Source of the DNA: an uncultured archaeon
GTDB taxonomy: Archaea > Iainarchaeota > Iainarchaeia > Iainarchaeales > VGJJ01
DNA: 64,000 nt
Direction of reading: 5' to 3'
Assembly (NCBI GenBank): GCA_964427715.1
Contig: CAYRUV010000001.1
Location: 124,125 to 188,124, forward strand
Shown: positions 28,785 to 38,727 of the stretch, piece by piece
Position numbering within the stretch: position 1 is the stretch's first letter
How the letters are laid out: each line of letters opens with the position of its first letter
Program-made: the position numbers and the translations under genes
The notes under the pieces: model-generated
The model's database searches: none
The model's input: only the letters and a program-made list of their open reading frames with translations
What the model was told of the DNA's origin: nothing

Positions 28785-29159
28785 ATGGCCGGATACGCTG
28801 GAAACATCGAATCATTGACTCAACATAATACATTTTTTCGGAGGGTGCTTTTCACCGCCAAGCACATGCAATTAGTGGTCATGTCCCTCGCTCCAAACGA
28901 GGAAATTGGACTTGAAACCCACTCGGATACGGACCAATTCATCCGCGTGGAAGCGGGGGAAGGGAAATGCAAGATTGGGGACTCGGAACACGTGTTGAAA
29001 GATGGAGTTGCCGTGGTAATCCCGGCGGGGCATGCGCACAACGTGTGGAACACGTCCTCTACACACGCATTGAAACTCTACACCATCTACACGCCCCCCG
29101 AGCACAAGGATGGGACCATTCACAAAACCAAATTGGACGCCGAAAAAGACCATCATTGA
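28785..29159 (+). CDS. cupin-domain protein
   Basis: EIGLETH..TDQFIRVEAG, IPAGHAHNV, LKLYTIY.PPEH. Confidence 0.85.
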   Translation: MAGYAGNIESLTQHNTFFRRVLFTAKHMQLVVMSLAPNEEIGLETHSDTDQFIRVEAGEGKCKIGDSEHVLKDGVAVVIPAGHAHNVWNTSSTHALKLYTIYTPPEHKDGTIHKTKLDAEKDHH

Positions 29160-29200
29160 AGAATGAATACCGATAAAAGGGAGGAATTGTTTCCTTCCTC

Positions 29201-29449
29201 ATGTATTTTGTTTATCTATTAGAGTGTGCGGATCGCACGCTGTATTGCGGCTTTACCACGGATTTAGTCAAACGGGTCGCGTGGCACAATGCGGGGAAGG
29301 CGAGTAAGTATACGCGCGCTCGTTTGCCGGTGAAACTAGTCTATTCCGAATCCTACGCATTGCGCACGGACGCGTTGAAGCGCGAGTATGCGATCAAGCG
29401 GATGCCTAGAGAAGAGAAATGGGAACTCGTGAAGAGTTCCAAGAAATAA
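29201..29449 (+). CDS. GIY-YIG nuclease family protein (UPF0213-like)
   Basis: YFVYLLECAD.TLYCGFT.D...R...HN.G..SKYTR, ALKREYAIK. Confidence 0.88.
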   Translation: MYFVYLLECADRTLYCGFTTDLVKRVAWHNAGKASKYTRARLPVKLVYSESYALRTDALKREYAIKRMPREEKWELVKSSKK

Positions 29450-29468
29450 TTGGGTGATTTTTCAACCC

Positions 29469-31082
29469 TTAATCGTCTTTCGGCGCGTGCTTCAACCCAA
29501 AGTGTTTGGTCACTTTGATGTTTTCATCCTGAGGGTATCGCTTTCCCTTGTTGAAAGGCTTTTTTCCCTTCCAATTGGGATCCCGTGTAGGACGTTCATC
29601 GCGTGAACGGTTTCCACCTTGTGAGAAGGAAGTTCCGCCGCTTGCGGGGCGTGAACCAAAAGGCTTCGAGTCTCCAAATCGGCGATTCCCGTACGGCTTT
29701 CCTTCGATCTCACTCTTGCGGGGAAAGAATCGTCTTCCCCCTTGAGGAGCGTGTCCTTCTCCGCTTCGCGGTGCGTGATACGGTCGTCCACCCATGGGTC
29801 GCGCGTGTGTGTTTCCGTGTCCCTGGTTGGATGAGTACTCGGGCTTTCCTTTCTTGTTGGCGAACTCAATCGGTTCAAACGTCGGAAGGGGCGCCTCGGT
29901 AATGGTTAACGACTTGTCGCGCAAAATGGAGCGGAAATAATCGTAGTCCTGGGGTGCGAGCAAGGAAATAATCTTTCCTTCCTCTCCCGCTCTTGCGGTG
30001 CGTCCGGAGCGATGAATGTATTCCGAGGGCGTGCGGGGAATATCATAGTTGATGATGTGGGACACGTTCTTGATGTCCAATCCTCGCGCCGCCACGTCAC
30101 TCGCCACTAATACGTGGAAGTGTCCGCGGTGGAAGTCATCCAGCGTTCGTTTACGTTGATTCTGTGACAATCCTCCGTGGATGGATTGGGCGTGCACGTT
30201 GTGCTGGTTCAGGTTTCGTTCCACCTTATCCACCATGCGTCGCGTTCCCGCAAAAATAATCGCCAAGGGGGGCTTTTCTTCCTTGAGGATGTGCATCAAT
30301 AACCCAAACTTTTGGTCGCCGCGCTTGTCCAAATCGTAATAGATTTGTTCCAATTTTCCCTTGTCGACATAGGCTTCCGCCTTCACAACCTGCGGGTGTT
30401 TCATGAAATTTTGAGCAATCTGGTGAACTTCTCCCGAAAGAGTGGCCGAGAATAACAGGGTTTGTCTCTGCGTGGGAACTTGCTGCATGATTTTTTTCAT
30501 GTCGCGGATGAATCCCATGTCCAACATTCGGTCGGCTTCGTCCAATACCAAAATGTTAATCGTGGAGGCGTTGAATGTGCCTCTCGACATGTGATCGAGA
30601 ATTCGTCCCGGGGTTCCCACCACAATATCGGTGCGTCGCAGGTTGGCGATTTGTCCGCCCATTCCGACTCCACCATACACGGCAGTAATGCTAACTCGTT
30701 TGTGCTTGGAGAACTTTCTCATTTCCTGCATGACTTGTTCGCACAACTCACGTGTGGGTACGAGGATTAATGCTTGGGGTCGTCCGCTGGGTCGGATGTT
30801 TTCAATAATGGGCAATCCAAACGCGGCGGTCTTTCCACTACCCGTGTGGGATTGTCCGATGACATCCTTTCCCGCAAGTATGAGGGGAATACTCATGCGT
30901 TGAATGGGCGTCCATTCCGTGTAGCCTAATTCTTTGACCGCTTGTTGGATGGCGTTGGAGAATGCGAATGGAATTTCGTCTCCTTCTTTCGCAGGGGCTT
31001 CCTTCTTAGGGTGCTCCTCTTTGTGGGCGTGTTCTTTCTTTTCGTGCGACGCAGAATGCGCGGCATGGGTATGCGTGTTCAT
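29469..31082 (-). CDS. DEAD-box RNA helicase
   Basis: Q motif, HTGSGKT, PTREL, TPGR, DEAD, SAT, ARGLD, HRSGRTAR; His-rich N-terminus and R/G-rich tail. Confidence 0.93.
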   Translation of the reverse strand: MNTHTHAAHSASHEKKEHAHKEEHPKKEAPAKEGDEIPFAFSNAIQQAVKELGYTEWTPIQRMSIPLILAGKDVIGQSHTGSGKTAAFGLPIIENIRPSGRPQALILVPTRELCEQVMQEMRKFSKHKRVSITAVYGGVGMGGQIANLRRTDIVVGTPGRILDHMSRGTFNASTINILVLDEADRMLDMGFIRDMKKIMQQVPTQRQTLLFSATLSGEVHQIAQNFMKHPQVVKAEAYVDKGKLEQIYYDLDKRGDQKFGLLMHILKEEKPPLAIIFAGTRRMVDKVERNLNQHNVHAQSIHGGLSQNQRKRTLDDFHRGHFHVLVASDVAARGLDIKNVSHIINYDIPRTPSEYIHRSGRTARAGEEGKIISLLAPQDYDYFRSILRDKSLTITEAPLPTFEPIEFANKKGKPEYSSNQGHGNTHARPMGGRPYHAPRSGEGHAPQGGRRFFPRKSEIEGKPYGNRRFGDSKPFGSRPASGGTSFSQGGNRSRDERPTRDPNWKGKKPFNKGKRYPQDENIKVTKHFGLKHAPKDD

Positions 31083-31130
31083 AGGGTTCTGTTTTCCTTT
31101 TCCTTTGTTTTTTTCTTTGCTTTCGAATCA

Positions 31131-31203
31131 TAGCCCCGCGGCGATTCGAACGCCGGTCCTCGGATTCAAAGTCCGATATCCTTGACCACTAGACGACGGG
31201 GCT
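31131..31203 (-). tRNA. tRNA-Gln(TTG)
   Basis: AGCCCCG/CGGGGCT-A with the archaeal A1-U72 pair; TCGGA-CT TTG AA-TCCGA. Confidence 0.95.
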
Positions 31204-31402
31204 AGCCGTGATTCGTCCAGCGAAAACGGAGGAAAGGTGGGATTCTGCATCCCCTAGTAGACCCTCTACACATAGTGCCAAACGATTCTAGTGAATAGGT
31301 TCGGGTTGGGACAGTTTTTAAAGGCCTGTCGAACCCGACCGGCCAATTCATCGACGGAATCCTTCAAACTAGCATTTTAAGCCGAAAGGGCGTCTTCCCA
31401 CT

Positions 31403-31969
31403 ATGAAGCTCTCCACCCACATCCTGACGGGTCTCCTACTCATTGCATTTGGCGCAGGGGTCGGGGTCTCCCAATACTACCTGCCCTCCTTAGAAGCCAG
31501 TATCGCCCCTCCCTCTTCATTTTCCGGCATCCAATCCGCCTTCTGCCCCTCCCCTGCGTGTGAGGAGCTAGTCCTCCAGACGGTTGAAGGGTCTACCTCC
31601 CGAGTGTGGGTGGCCATGTACTCCTTCACCAACGCTGATTTGGCCCAGGGTTTGATTCAGGCTAAAAATAACGGAGTGGACGTGCGGGTGGTGGTAGAAA
31701 AGCAGCAAGCGGGGGGACAGTATTCTCAACACCAGGAACTCGCGGCCGCGGGGATTCCCGTGCGCATTGACACCAACCCCAATCTCATGCATCACAAGTT
31801 TGCGGTGATAGACAATTCAATGGTCATCACGGGCAGTATGAATTGGACTGGGAATGGAGTGGGGGAAAATAATGAGAATTTAGTCATCATCGCCTCGCCG
31901 GAACTCAACACGAAATTCGCCAGCGAGTTTGATGCGGTATGGAATGACAGCACGCCGTTCACGGAATGA
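31403..31969 (+). CDS. exported phospholipase D-like (single HKD) nuclease/phosphodiesterase
   Basis: N-terminal TM; MYSFT; MHHKFAVID...ITGSMNWT...NNEN. Confidence 0.85.
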   Translation: MKLSTHILTGLLLIAFGAGVGVSQYYLPSLEASIAPPSSFSGIQSAFCPSPACEELVLQTVEGSTSRVWVAMYSFTNADLAQGLIQAKNNGVDVRVVVEKQQAGGQYSQHQELAAAGIPVRIDTNPNLMHHKFAVIDNSMVITGSMNWTGNGVGENNENLVIIASPELNTKFASEFDAVWNDSTPFTE

Positions 31970-31978
31970 ATGGGTTAA

Positions 31979-33889
31979 TTATTTTCCCGTGCGCTTCTTC
32001 AGTTCTTTTTCCAATGCTTGGGCGATGAAGTATCCCTGGGCCTTTCCGCGTAGGGCTTGCATCGCTGTTCCCATGAGTGCGGATTGGGCGCCCATTCCTT
32101 TGGCCAATACCAAATGTTCGTTCTTGTCCACGATTTGCTTGATGATAATACTAATCTCATCCTCGTTCGCACTATTGGCTTGGTGTTTCTGCGTGATTTC
32201 AGAAAGGGGCTTGGTGGGGTGATCGGCCCACTCCTTGAGGATGTGGGGGAAGTTCTCGCGCAACACTTGTTTGCTTTTCTCCGCGGCCAATAATTCTTCG
32301 AGTTGAACATGGGTGAGTTTATCCACGGCAGGCTTTTCCCTGCGCACCGTGTTGAGGGTAGTAAGTAAGAGGGACGCGGAGGTCGTGGGATCGTATCCCT
32401 TCTCAAGCAAGGCTCCATAGAATCGCGCCTTGTTGTCAAGTTTCATTTCATCCGCGAGTTTTTCCGAGAGTCCTTTCTCCAAGTAGGATTTCTTTCTCTC
32501 TTCGGCCCAGCGGGGGAGATTCTTTTTCATGCGTTCAATCTTTTCTGGTATGATGGGAATAGCCTGCAGGTCGGTTTCTGGGTACATGCGTGCCGCTCCG
32601 GGAAGAGGACGAGAGTATTCAGAATTTCCTCCTTCCACTGCGTTGCGCGTCTCTTCGGGCACCCCTTCGAGCATGTACGCGAGTCGATCCTTGATGACGC
32701 GGATGGCGTGTTCGGCGCGGGAGTGTTCTCCCATTACCAATGCAAAGCTATCATTTGGTTGTGCGTGCAGGGCTTCTCGGAGCGTTTGGACTTCCACGCT
32801 GGAAAGGCCATACTTGTCCAATGGTTCGTCTCCATGCAACAACCCCATAAGTCCGGTCTTGGCTTTCACGTAGCCAGAGATTTCCGTTCCAATTCTACGT
32901 TGGGGTTGGACTTCCTTTCCCATGCGTCCGTGCATGTGGGGTAATCGTATCGCATGAAGGACGTGTCCCTTTTGCAGGGCTGTTTGGATCATCTTCGCCC
33001 CACTTTTAGTGAATAATCCTGTCACATCCATTCCGCTTTGGCTTTCGATGGTGTTTTTGTTCAATCCCACTGAAAGCAATTCTTGTTTGAGTGCGAGGAG
33101 GGCGTTTTGTCGCTGCATTTCCCTGCGCACGTATTCGTCAATGAGTTCCAGCTCTTGGATTCCCTTCAATTCTACGCGGGCGCCTCCGGGGACGGAAATA
33201 TTGATGTCTTGTCGGATAGTTCCGAGTCCTCGTTTCACGTGTCCGGTGATGCGCATTAATTCTCCCATTTTCAGCGCGGTCATCTTAGCGTGCTCCGGTG
33301 TATGAATGTCGGGCATCGTAGCGAGTTCGATGAGTGGAAATCCCAATCGGTCGAGTCGATAGACGACTTCTTTCTCGCTTCGTTGGATAGGTCGCGCGGA
33401 GTCTTCTTCTACGGCGAGTCCTTGCATGCGGATGGGAGTCCCATCCTCGAGGGTGATGCTTCCCCCAAATGATACTTGCGTGGTGCGTTGAAATCCGGAC
33501 GTGTTGCTTCCGTCCACCACATTCTTTCGCATCACCACCGCTTCATCCACGATGGCAGCCCCAATCTTTAATGAAACCTCGAGGGCGATGTCCAATGCAT
33601 GCGTGTCCAGCGTGGCCGGGGGTTCTTCGTCCGTCTCGATGAGTGAAACATTTTCGTGGTGTCCTTGGTAGATGAACACTTGTTTCTTGTGCGCGGCCTC
33701 TAATGCCGCCGCATCCACTTTACCGAGTTCGCTGGCCACGGCATGAAGTTTGCGTGTGAAGGTAAATTCCGGCGCATCCTCTCGCAAAGTAGTGGGCATG
33801 CGGGAGAATAGTTTTCCCGTATCCAATTGCTGGTGCACCTCCAGTCCGCACGTGACTGGATGCGGATGCGTGGGCTGGTTGATAGTCAT
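31979..33889 (-). CDS. gatE: Glu-tRNA(Gln) amidotransferase subunit E
   Basis: CGLEVHQQL, DGSNTSGFQRT, LDRLGFPLIE, GLGTIRQDINIS, PGAARMYPETD. Confidence 0.95.
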   Translation of the reverse strand: MTINQPTHPHPVTCGLEVHQQLDTGKLFSRMPTTLREDAPEFTFTRKLHAVASELGKVDAAALEAAHKKQVFIYQGHHENVSLIETDEEPPATLDTHALDIALEVSLKIGAAIVDEAVVMRKNVVDGSNTSGFQRTTQVSFGGSITLEDGTPIRMQGLAVEEDSARPIQRSEKEVVYRLDRLGFPLIELATMPDIHTPEHAKMTALKMGELMRITGHVKRGLGTIRQDINISVPGGARVELKGIQELELIDEYVRREMQRQNALLALKQELLSVGLNKNTIESQSGMDVTGLFTKSGAKMIQTALQKGHVLHAIRLPHMHGRMGKEVQPQRRIGTEISGYVKAKTGLMGLLHGDEPLDKYGLSSVEVQTLREALHAQPNDSFALVMGEHSRAEHAIRVIKDRLAYMLEGVPEETRNAVEGGNSEYSRPLPGAARMYPETDLQAIPIIPEKIERMKKNLPRWAEERKKSYLEKGLSEKLADEMKLDNKARFYGALLEKGYDPTTSASLLLTTLNTVRREKPAVDKLTHVQLEELLAAEKSKQVLRENFPHILKEWADHPTKPLSEITQKHQANSANEDEISIIIKQIVDKNEHLVLAKGMGAQSALMGTAMQALRGKAQGYFIAQALEKELKKRTGK

Positions 33890-33935
33890 AGGAGAGACAA
33901 GGATTGCGGGTCTTTAAATCCTTATTTGGCCGTCC

Positions 33936-35153
33936 CTAACGGTGGTGGAAGAGGAGCTGGGTTAATTCCCTCGGTTTGGGTGCGGGGAACGTCTTGAGTC
34001 CCATCATTTCTTCGGCCACAATCACGCCTAATAGGAGGAGGGTTCCGGACAACGCGAACAAGAGTCGCATGCCCGAGGCCTCCACAATGATTCCGGCCAC
34101 CAAGAATGCGACGAGGGCGCCTATTTTGGAGATGGAGACGTGGGTTCCTAACACCGCTCCTTCTTTCTTTTGTTTCTCGGCATACCCGGAGAGCATGGCA
34201 ATGCTTCCAATTCCCAGCATCGCGGTTCCCACTCCATACACGAAGACGGAGAGAAGAATGGTTTCAAATGTCGTGGAGAATCCCAGTCCAATCATGGATA
34301 TACCTGCCAGGGATGTTCCAAGGATGCTGACCTTCTTGCTACCCCATTCGTCCGTCATTCTCCCTGCGATATGTTGGAGGAGCTGGGGGATTTCCCTCAC
34401 GAAGAGGATGATTCCCACTAACTCAATGGGGAAGTTGAGCCGTTGCACTAAATACAAGGGTAAGAAGGCGAACATCACGGCGACGCTGAACTGATGGGAC
34501 ATGACCAGTGCGGTTAATCCTCGGAAGGGTTTGGACTGGAGATAGTCCTTCCACAGGGGGATAGGGTTCCACACCAGCTTCTGTAAGGGTGGAAGGGGGT
34601 GCACGTTGTGTCGCTGGAAATAATACCACAACGCAAGAGAGCCCATGGCGAGCACGGCAACCAAGAACGGAGAATAAAATCCCATCTGGGCCGCAATCAC
34701 TGCACCGATGAGGGGTCCAAATACGTGTCCTAATTTTCCAATCGATAGGCTCGTTCCAATGCGGGTGTGTGTTTTAGTCCCGAATGGATTCTTGGTGGCC
34801 AAGTCTTCGAGTTTGGCGACGCAGACGAGGACAACCGCATTGTATCCTATTCCTTCGAGTATCCGCGCAAGAAAAATAAGCAAGGCACTATCGAACCAAA
34901 AATACATGGTGTAGGCCATCATCGTGAATAGGATTCCCCCCAGGATGACGGGTCGTCGTCCCCAATTATCCGATATTCCTCCGATGAGGGGCGCGGTAAC
35001 AAGACTGGCGAGGGAGAAGGCGGAGAATAGGAATGATAGAGTGGCCGGGTCGTATCCCTTCCCGCTCAAGTAGAGGGAGAAGATCGGATCCACCAACACC
35101 ACGGCGAACGCGAACATCGCGTGCACGAGCGTGATGCGCTTAAAGGGCTCCAT
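33936..35153 (-). CDS. MFS transporter (12 TM)
   Basis: Motif A GGISDNWGRR and second-half GRMTDEWGSK. Confidence 0.88.
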   Translation of the reverse strand: MEPFKRITLVHAMFAFAVVLVDPIFSLYLSGKGYDPATLSFLFSAFSLASLVTAPLIGGISDNWGRRPVILGGILFTMMAYTMYFWFDSALLIFLARILEGIGYNAVVLVCVAKLEDLATKNPFGTKTHTRIGTSLSIGKLGHVFGPLIGAVIAAQMGFYSPFLVAVLAMGSLALWYYFQRHNVHPLPPLQKLVWNPIPLWKDYLQSKPFRGLTALVMSHQFSVAVMFAFLPLYLVQRLNFPIELVGIILFVREIPQLLQHIAGRMTDEWGSKKVSILGTSLAGISMIGLGFSTTFETILLSVFVYGVGTAMLGIGSIAMLSGYAEKQKKEGAVLGTHVSISKIGALVAFLVAGIIVEASGMRLLFALSGTLLLLGVIVAEEMMGLKTFPAPKPRELTQLLFHHR

Positions 35154-35213
35154 TTCTTTTGAGAAGAAGGGCCGGTTTAAAAGCCATACGAGGGCGTCTT
35201 TTCTGTACCGGTT

Positions 35214-35286
35214 GGGGGGGTCGTCTAGCCTGGTAGGATTGCACCTTCGGGAGGTGCAGGCGAGAGTTCAAATCTCTCCTCCCCCG
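35214..35286 (+). tRNA. tRNA-Pro(CGG)
   Basis: GGGGGGG/CTCCCCC-G; GCACC-TT CGG GA-GGTGC; GAGAG-TTCAAAT-CTCTC. Confidence 0.93.
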
Positions 35287-35290
35287 CTTT

Positions 35291-35884
35291 CTATTTTTCG
35301 ATCATTCCATACTTTTTGTTCTTCTCAGTCATCTTGATGAAGTAACGCAAGCGTTGCTCCTTGACCTCTTGTCGGCCCGTGCTGGTGAGGGAAATCCAAT
35401 CAATGCGGATTTTCTTGTATGCCGCGGGGAACTTTTGAAAGTTCTTCCACACGACTGGGTTTTCCTTCAAGCGTTTTTCAATCCACGCGGGAATGACTAG
35501 TTTTCCATGGGCCTTCAAGGCCTTGTTGGCATGCTTCCTGGAAAGGTGCGCATTCCCTCCCACATGTGCCAGTCCTTCGGGTTTCATTTTTCCTTCTTTC
35601 ATTAATCGACGAATGTGTTCCATGTTCAATGCAGAAATAGGGCTTCCCTTCCTGCGCGGAGAAAAGCGTTGGGCATATTTCTCCTCATCGATTCCTTTCG
35701 CGGTGGAGTCAATCCACCCAAAACAAAGGGCTTCTTTCACCGCGTCCACGTAAGGAATTCGAGGCTTGCCCGAATTTTTCTTGTAGTAGATGAGCCAAAT
35801 CTCTTTCTTCTTCTCGTGATTCTTCTCTAACCACTTTCTCCACGCGGGAGCGTCGGTAACGTAGAGTGTTTCGCCGATGTTCAT
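35291..35884 (-). CDS. YdeI/OmpD-associated family protein
   Basis: WRKWLEKNH, EIWLIYYKK, EALCFGWIDS, RFSPRR; ATGA overlap with the OTC gene. Confidence 0.85.
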   Translation of the reverse strand: MNIGETLYVTDAPAWRKWLEKNHEKKKEIWLIYYKKNSGKPRIPYVDAVKEALCFGWIDSTAKGIDEEKYAQRFSPRRKGSPISALNMEHIRRLMKEGKMKPEGLAHVGGNAHLSRKHANKALKAHGKLVIPAWIEKRLKENPVVWKNFQKFPAAYKKIRIDWISLTSTGRQEVKEQRLRYFIKMTEKNKKYGMIEK

Positions 35885-36879
35885 TGGAGGATCGCACTCA
35901 ACAGGGCCATCTGCACGTACATCCTGTTCTTGGCTTGCGGCCAGACGAGGGATCGCTTGCTGTACATGACCTTGTCGGTAATTTCTTCTCCCTTGATGGC
36001 CGGGAGGCAGTGCATGGCTCGCACATTCTTGGCGCACTTGTCCAATAGCTTGTCATTCAATTGGAAGGGGAGGAACATTGGGCGAATCTTTTCCTTGTCC
36101 AAATGCATATGCATGCTCTCCCATTCGTCGGTGTACACCACATTCACGTGCTTCAATTCTTCCTTGGAAGGAATTTCGTGGAAGACCTTGATCTCTGCGC
36201 CTGTTTTCTTGGCGAGCTTGTGTGCGGTCGCGAGGAAGTGCTTGGATACGGGGAATTGTTTGGGAGTGGCCACCCACACATTCACGCCTAACATGGCTCC
36301 TCCCACAAGGAGAGAATCCGTGATGTTGTCGGCGTTCCCCACGTACAATAACGTAAGACCGGTGAGCTTTCCAAAATGCTCACGGATGGTGAAATAATCA
36401 GAAAGGATTTGACACGGGTGATCTTCATCGGTTAATCCATTGATGATGGGAATGTTTACGTACTTGGCAAACGCATCCACTTCCGCGTGGGGAAATACGC
36501 GGGCCATGATGGCATCGCAGTATCCTGCAAGAGTGCTGGCCGTGTCGCGCCAGTCCTCTCCTCGTCCCATTTGGGTGTTGGCCTTGTCGATAAAAGTAGA
36601 GTGTCCCCCCAAGAGTGCGATTCCATTATCGAATGAAACGCGTGTGCGCGTGGAGGGCTTTTCGAAGAGAAGCGCGACGTTCTTTTGGTGGAGAAGTTTG
36701 GGCATCTCCATACCTTGAGCGTGCATGAGTTTGAGTCGCTCGGCGAGGTGGTAGAGCATGTAGGCTTGGTGCAGGTGCGTGTCTTCGATGTTCAGGAAAT
36801 CCTTCCCCCTGAGGGATCTCAATTCCTTCGTGGCGAGTATTCGCTTGATCTCATTTCGTAATGCGGGTTCCGTTTTCAT
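35881..36879 (-). CDS. arcB: ornithine carbamoyltransferase (probably catabolic)
   Basis: FEKPSTRT, HPCQ, YTDEWESM, HCLP; overlaps the carbamate kinase gene. Confidence 0.9.
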   Translation of the reverse strand: MKTEPALRNEIKRILATKELRSLRGKDFLNIEDTHLHQAYMLYHLAERLKLMHAQGMEMPKLLHQKNVALLFEKPSTRTRVSFDNGIALLGGHSTFIDKANTQMGRGEDWRDTASTLAGYCDAIMARVFPHAEVDAFAKYVNIPIINGLTDEDHPCQILSDYFTIREHFGKLTGLTLLYVGNADNITDSLLVGGAMLGVNVWVATPKQFPVSKHFLATAHKLAKKTGAEIKVFHEIPSKEELKHVNVVYTDEWESMHMHLDKEKIRPMFLPFQLNDKLLDKCAKNVRAMHCLPAIKGEEITDKVMYSKRSLVWPQAKNRMYVQMALLSAILQ

Positions 36880-37768
36880 GGTCTAACACTCCTTGCAGTT
36901 TTCCCATTTTTCCAATGTACGAGGTCTTTCCTCCCTTTTGGACAAATCGGATGCTGGCCTCGACTTTAGGGGCCATGCTTCCCTGTCCAAATTCTCCCTT
37001 CTTCCAATAGGATTGGGCGGTCTTCAGGTTCATATGTTTGAGAGGAATGGGTTTTTTCGAGTAATAGTCCTTGTACGCGTGCTCCTCATTCGTGAGGATA
37101 GCCAACGTGTCACTCTTGAGAGAGTTGCCTAACACCTGCGCGGCGCGATCCTTATCGATGACCGCTTCAATGCCCTGGTATCCGTACGTGGTTTTGAATA
37201 CAGGGATTCCTCCTCCCCCGCATGCAATGACCACCTCATGGGCCTCTAATAATTTTTCAATCGTTTCAAGCTCAATGATTTTTTTGGGTGTGGGGGATGC
37301 AACCAGTTTGCGGTATCCTTTCTTGGGGTCGTGCATGAAGGATACGCCTTGTTTGTTCCACTCCTTGACCTGAGAAAGTCCTCCCCACGGTCCAATGGGT
37401 TTGGAGGGTTTCTTGAATTTAGGATCGTTCTTGTCCACTTCCACATGCGTAAGGATCGCGGCGGTTTCAATGGTGGGTTTCCAGTGTTTTAGTCCCATGG
37501 TGAGAAAGTGTCCAATCTGCCCCTGCGTCATTCCCACTTCCACATCTAATGGCATCGGGGGTATTTTCTTGGCGGCGTGCATTTGGATTTCTAAGTTCCC
37601 CACTTGGGGTCCGTTTCCGTGAACGATGACGATGGGAATTCCCTTGCGTACGAGGGGGATGATATCCTTCACGGCCTGTCGGACGTTTTTCATCTGCTGG
37701 GAGTAGTTCCCGATTTCATGTTCTCGTATGAGGGCATTCCCGCCAAACGCCACAATGAGGGGTTTCAT
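36851..37768 (-). CDS. arcC: carbamate kinase
   Basis: VAFGGNAL, VHGNGPQVG, KPIGP, CGGGGIPV, AVIDKD, GSMAPK. Start reassigned to 37768. Confidence 0.93.
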   Translation of the reverse strand: MKPLIVAFGGNALIREHEIGNYSQQMKNVRQAVKDIIPLVRKGIPIVIVHGNGPQVGNLEIQMHAAKKIPPMPLDVEVGMTQGQIGHFLTMGLKHWKPTIETAAILTHVEVDKNDPKFKKPSKPIGPWGGLSQVKEWNKQGVSFMHDPKKGYRKLVASPTPKKIIELETIEKLLEAHEVVIACGGGGIPVFKTTYGYQGIEAVIDKDRAAQVLGNSLKSDTLAILTNEEHAYKDYYSKKPIPLKHMNLKTAQSYWKKGEFGQGSMAPKVEASIRFVQKGGKTSYIGKMGKLQGVLDHENGTRITK

Positions 37769-37819
37769 TCCCCTGTTGAGCGTTTGGAATTTATATAGGG
37801 GGACGCCTCCCTCTTTTTC

Positions 37820-38692
37820 ATGGCCCGAAACGCTGCCCGTCGTGTCCGGATGACAATTCCCTCTACTGGAAAAGTGGTCCACGCTTCTATTATTCGCCCC
37901 TTGCCAAAGAGGGGTCGCACCTACATGACGACGCGGAACATTTCTGTCATGACTTCCGCTCAGGTCAAGTCAGTTGAGGGATTTTTGCGCCAGTTGAAAC
38001 GATTGGAGATGCAATATCGAAATCGGAGAATTTCAACCGTTGACTATGAGGTGTATCGCCATGCTCTCGAAAAAAAGTTCGTGGCCCTTACTCGAATGAG
38101 AATGGCTCAAGTGAAGCGGGTGTCAGAGCGCCACCACAAATCCGGGATGCTCTTCAATGATCGCTCATTCAAGGAGCGCGGCCGTGCATTGATGGCCCAG
38201 TCGAAGGATTTCACAGTGGCCATTTTGGATATTGACTTCTTCAAGTCCGTGAATGACACCATCGGCCACGATGCGGGGGATGCCGCTCTGGCTTTTTTTG
38301 GAAATCAAATCAATCGGGTCTCACGAGGTATGCGGGGATTCGCGGGGCGAATAGGGGATGGGGAGGAGTTTGCCGTGGCTATTCCGGGTGGAGCTATCCA
38401 CATGATTGGGTTTATTCGCACTCTGAGCAAACGCATGCAGACCCAGTTCGCGCGCGAGGAAACCACGCGGACTATGCTGCAAGGTAAGCTTCCAACCTTC
38501 AGTGCGGGGGTCGCCTTCGGCACGGAAGGGAAAAAGTTTGAGGATGTAATGAAGATTGCCGATGCGCGGGAGATTCTATCCAAAAAAGGGAGAAACCGTG
38601 TGACAATACCGCTAGGAAAAGACAACATGCCTCGAACGGTTCGTATCAGTTCCGATGAGAGCTGGTTGAAGGGCAAAGTCTCCCGTCACTAG
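37820..38692 (+). CDS. GGDEF-domain (diguanylate-cyclase-like) protein with variant RIGDGEEF loop
   Basis: AILDIDFFKSVNDTIGHDAGD, RIGDGEEFAVAIP, FSAGVA, KIAD...KKGRNRV; Arg-rich N-terminal region. Confidence 0.85.
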   Translation: MARNAARRVRMTIPSTGKVVHASIIRPLPKRGRTYMTTRNISVMTSAQVKSVEGFLRQLKRLEMQYRNRRISTVDYEVYRHALEKKFVALTRMRMAQVKRVSERHHKSGMLFNDRSFKERGRALMAQSKDFTVAILDIDFFKSVNDTIGHDAGDAALAFFGNQINRVSRGMRGFAGRIGDGEEFAVAIPGGAIHMIGFIRTLSKRMQTQFAREETTRTMLQGKLPTFSAGVAFGTEGKKFEDVMKIADAREILSKKGRNRVTIPLGKDNMPRTVRISSDESWLKGKVSRH

Positions 38693-38727
38693 ATACATTA
38701 TTATTCCGTCGGAAGTTGATTGCATCC

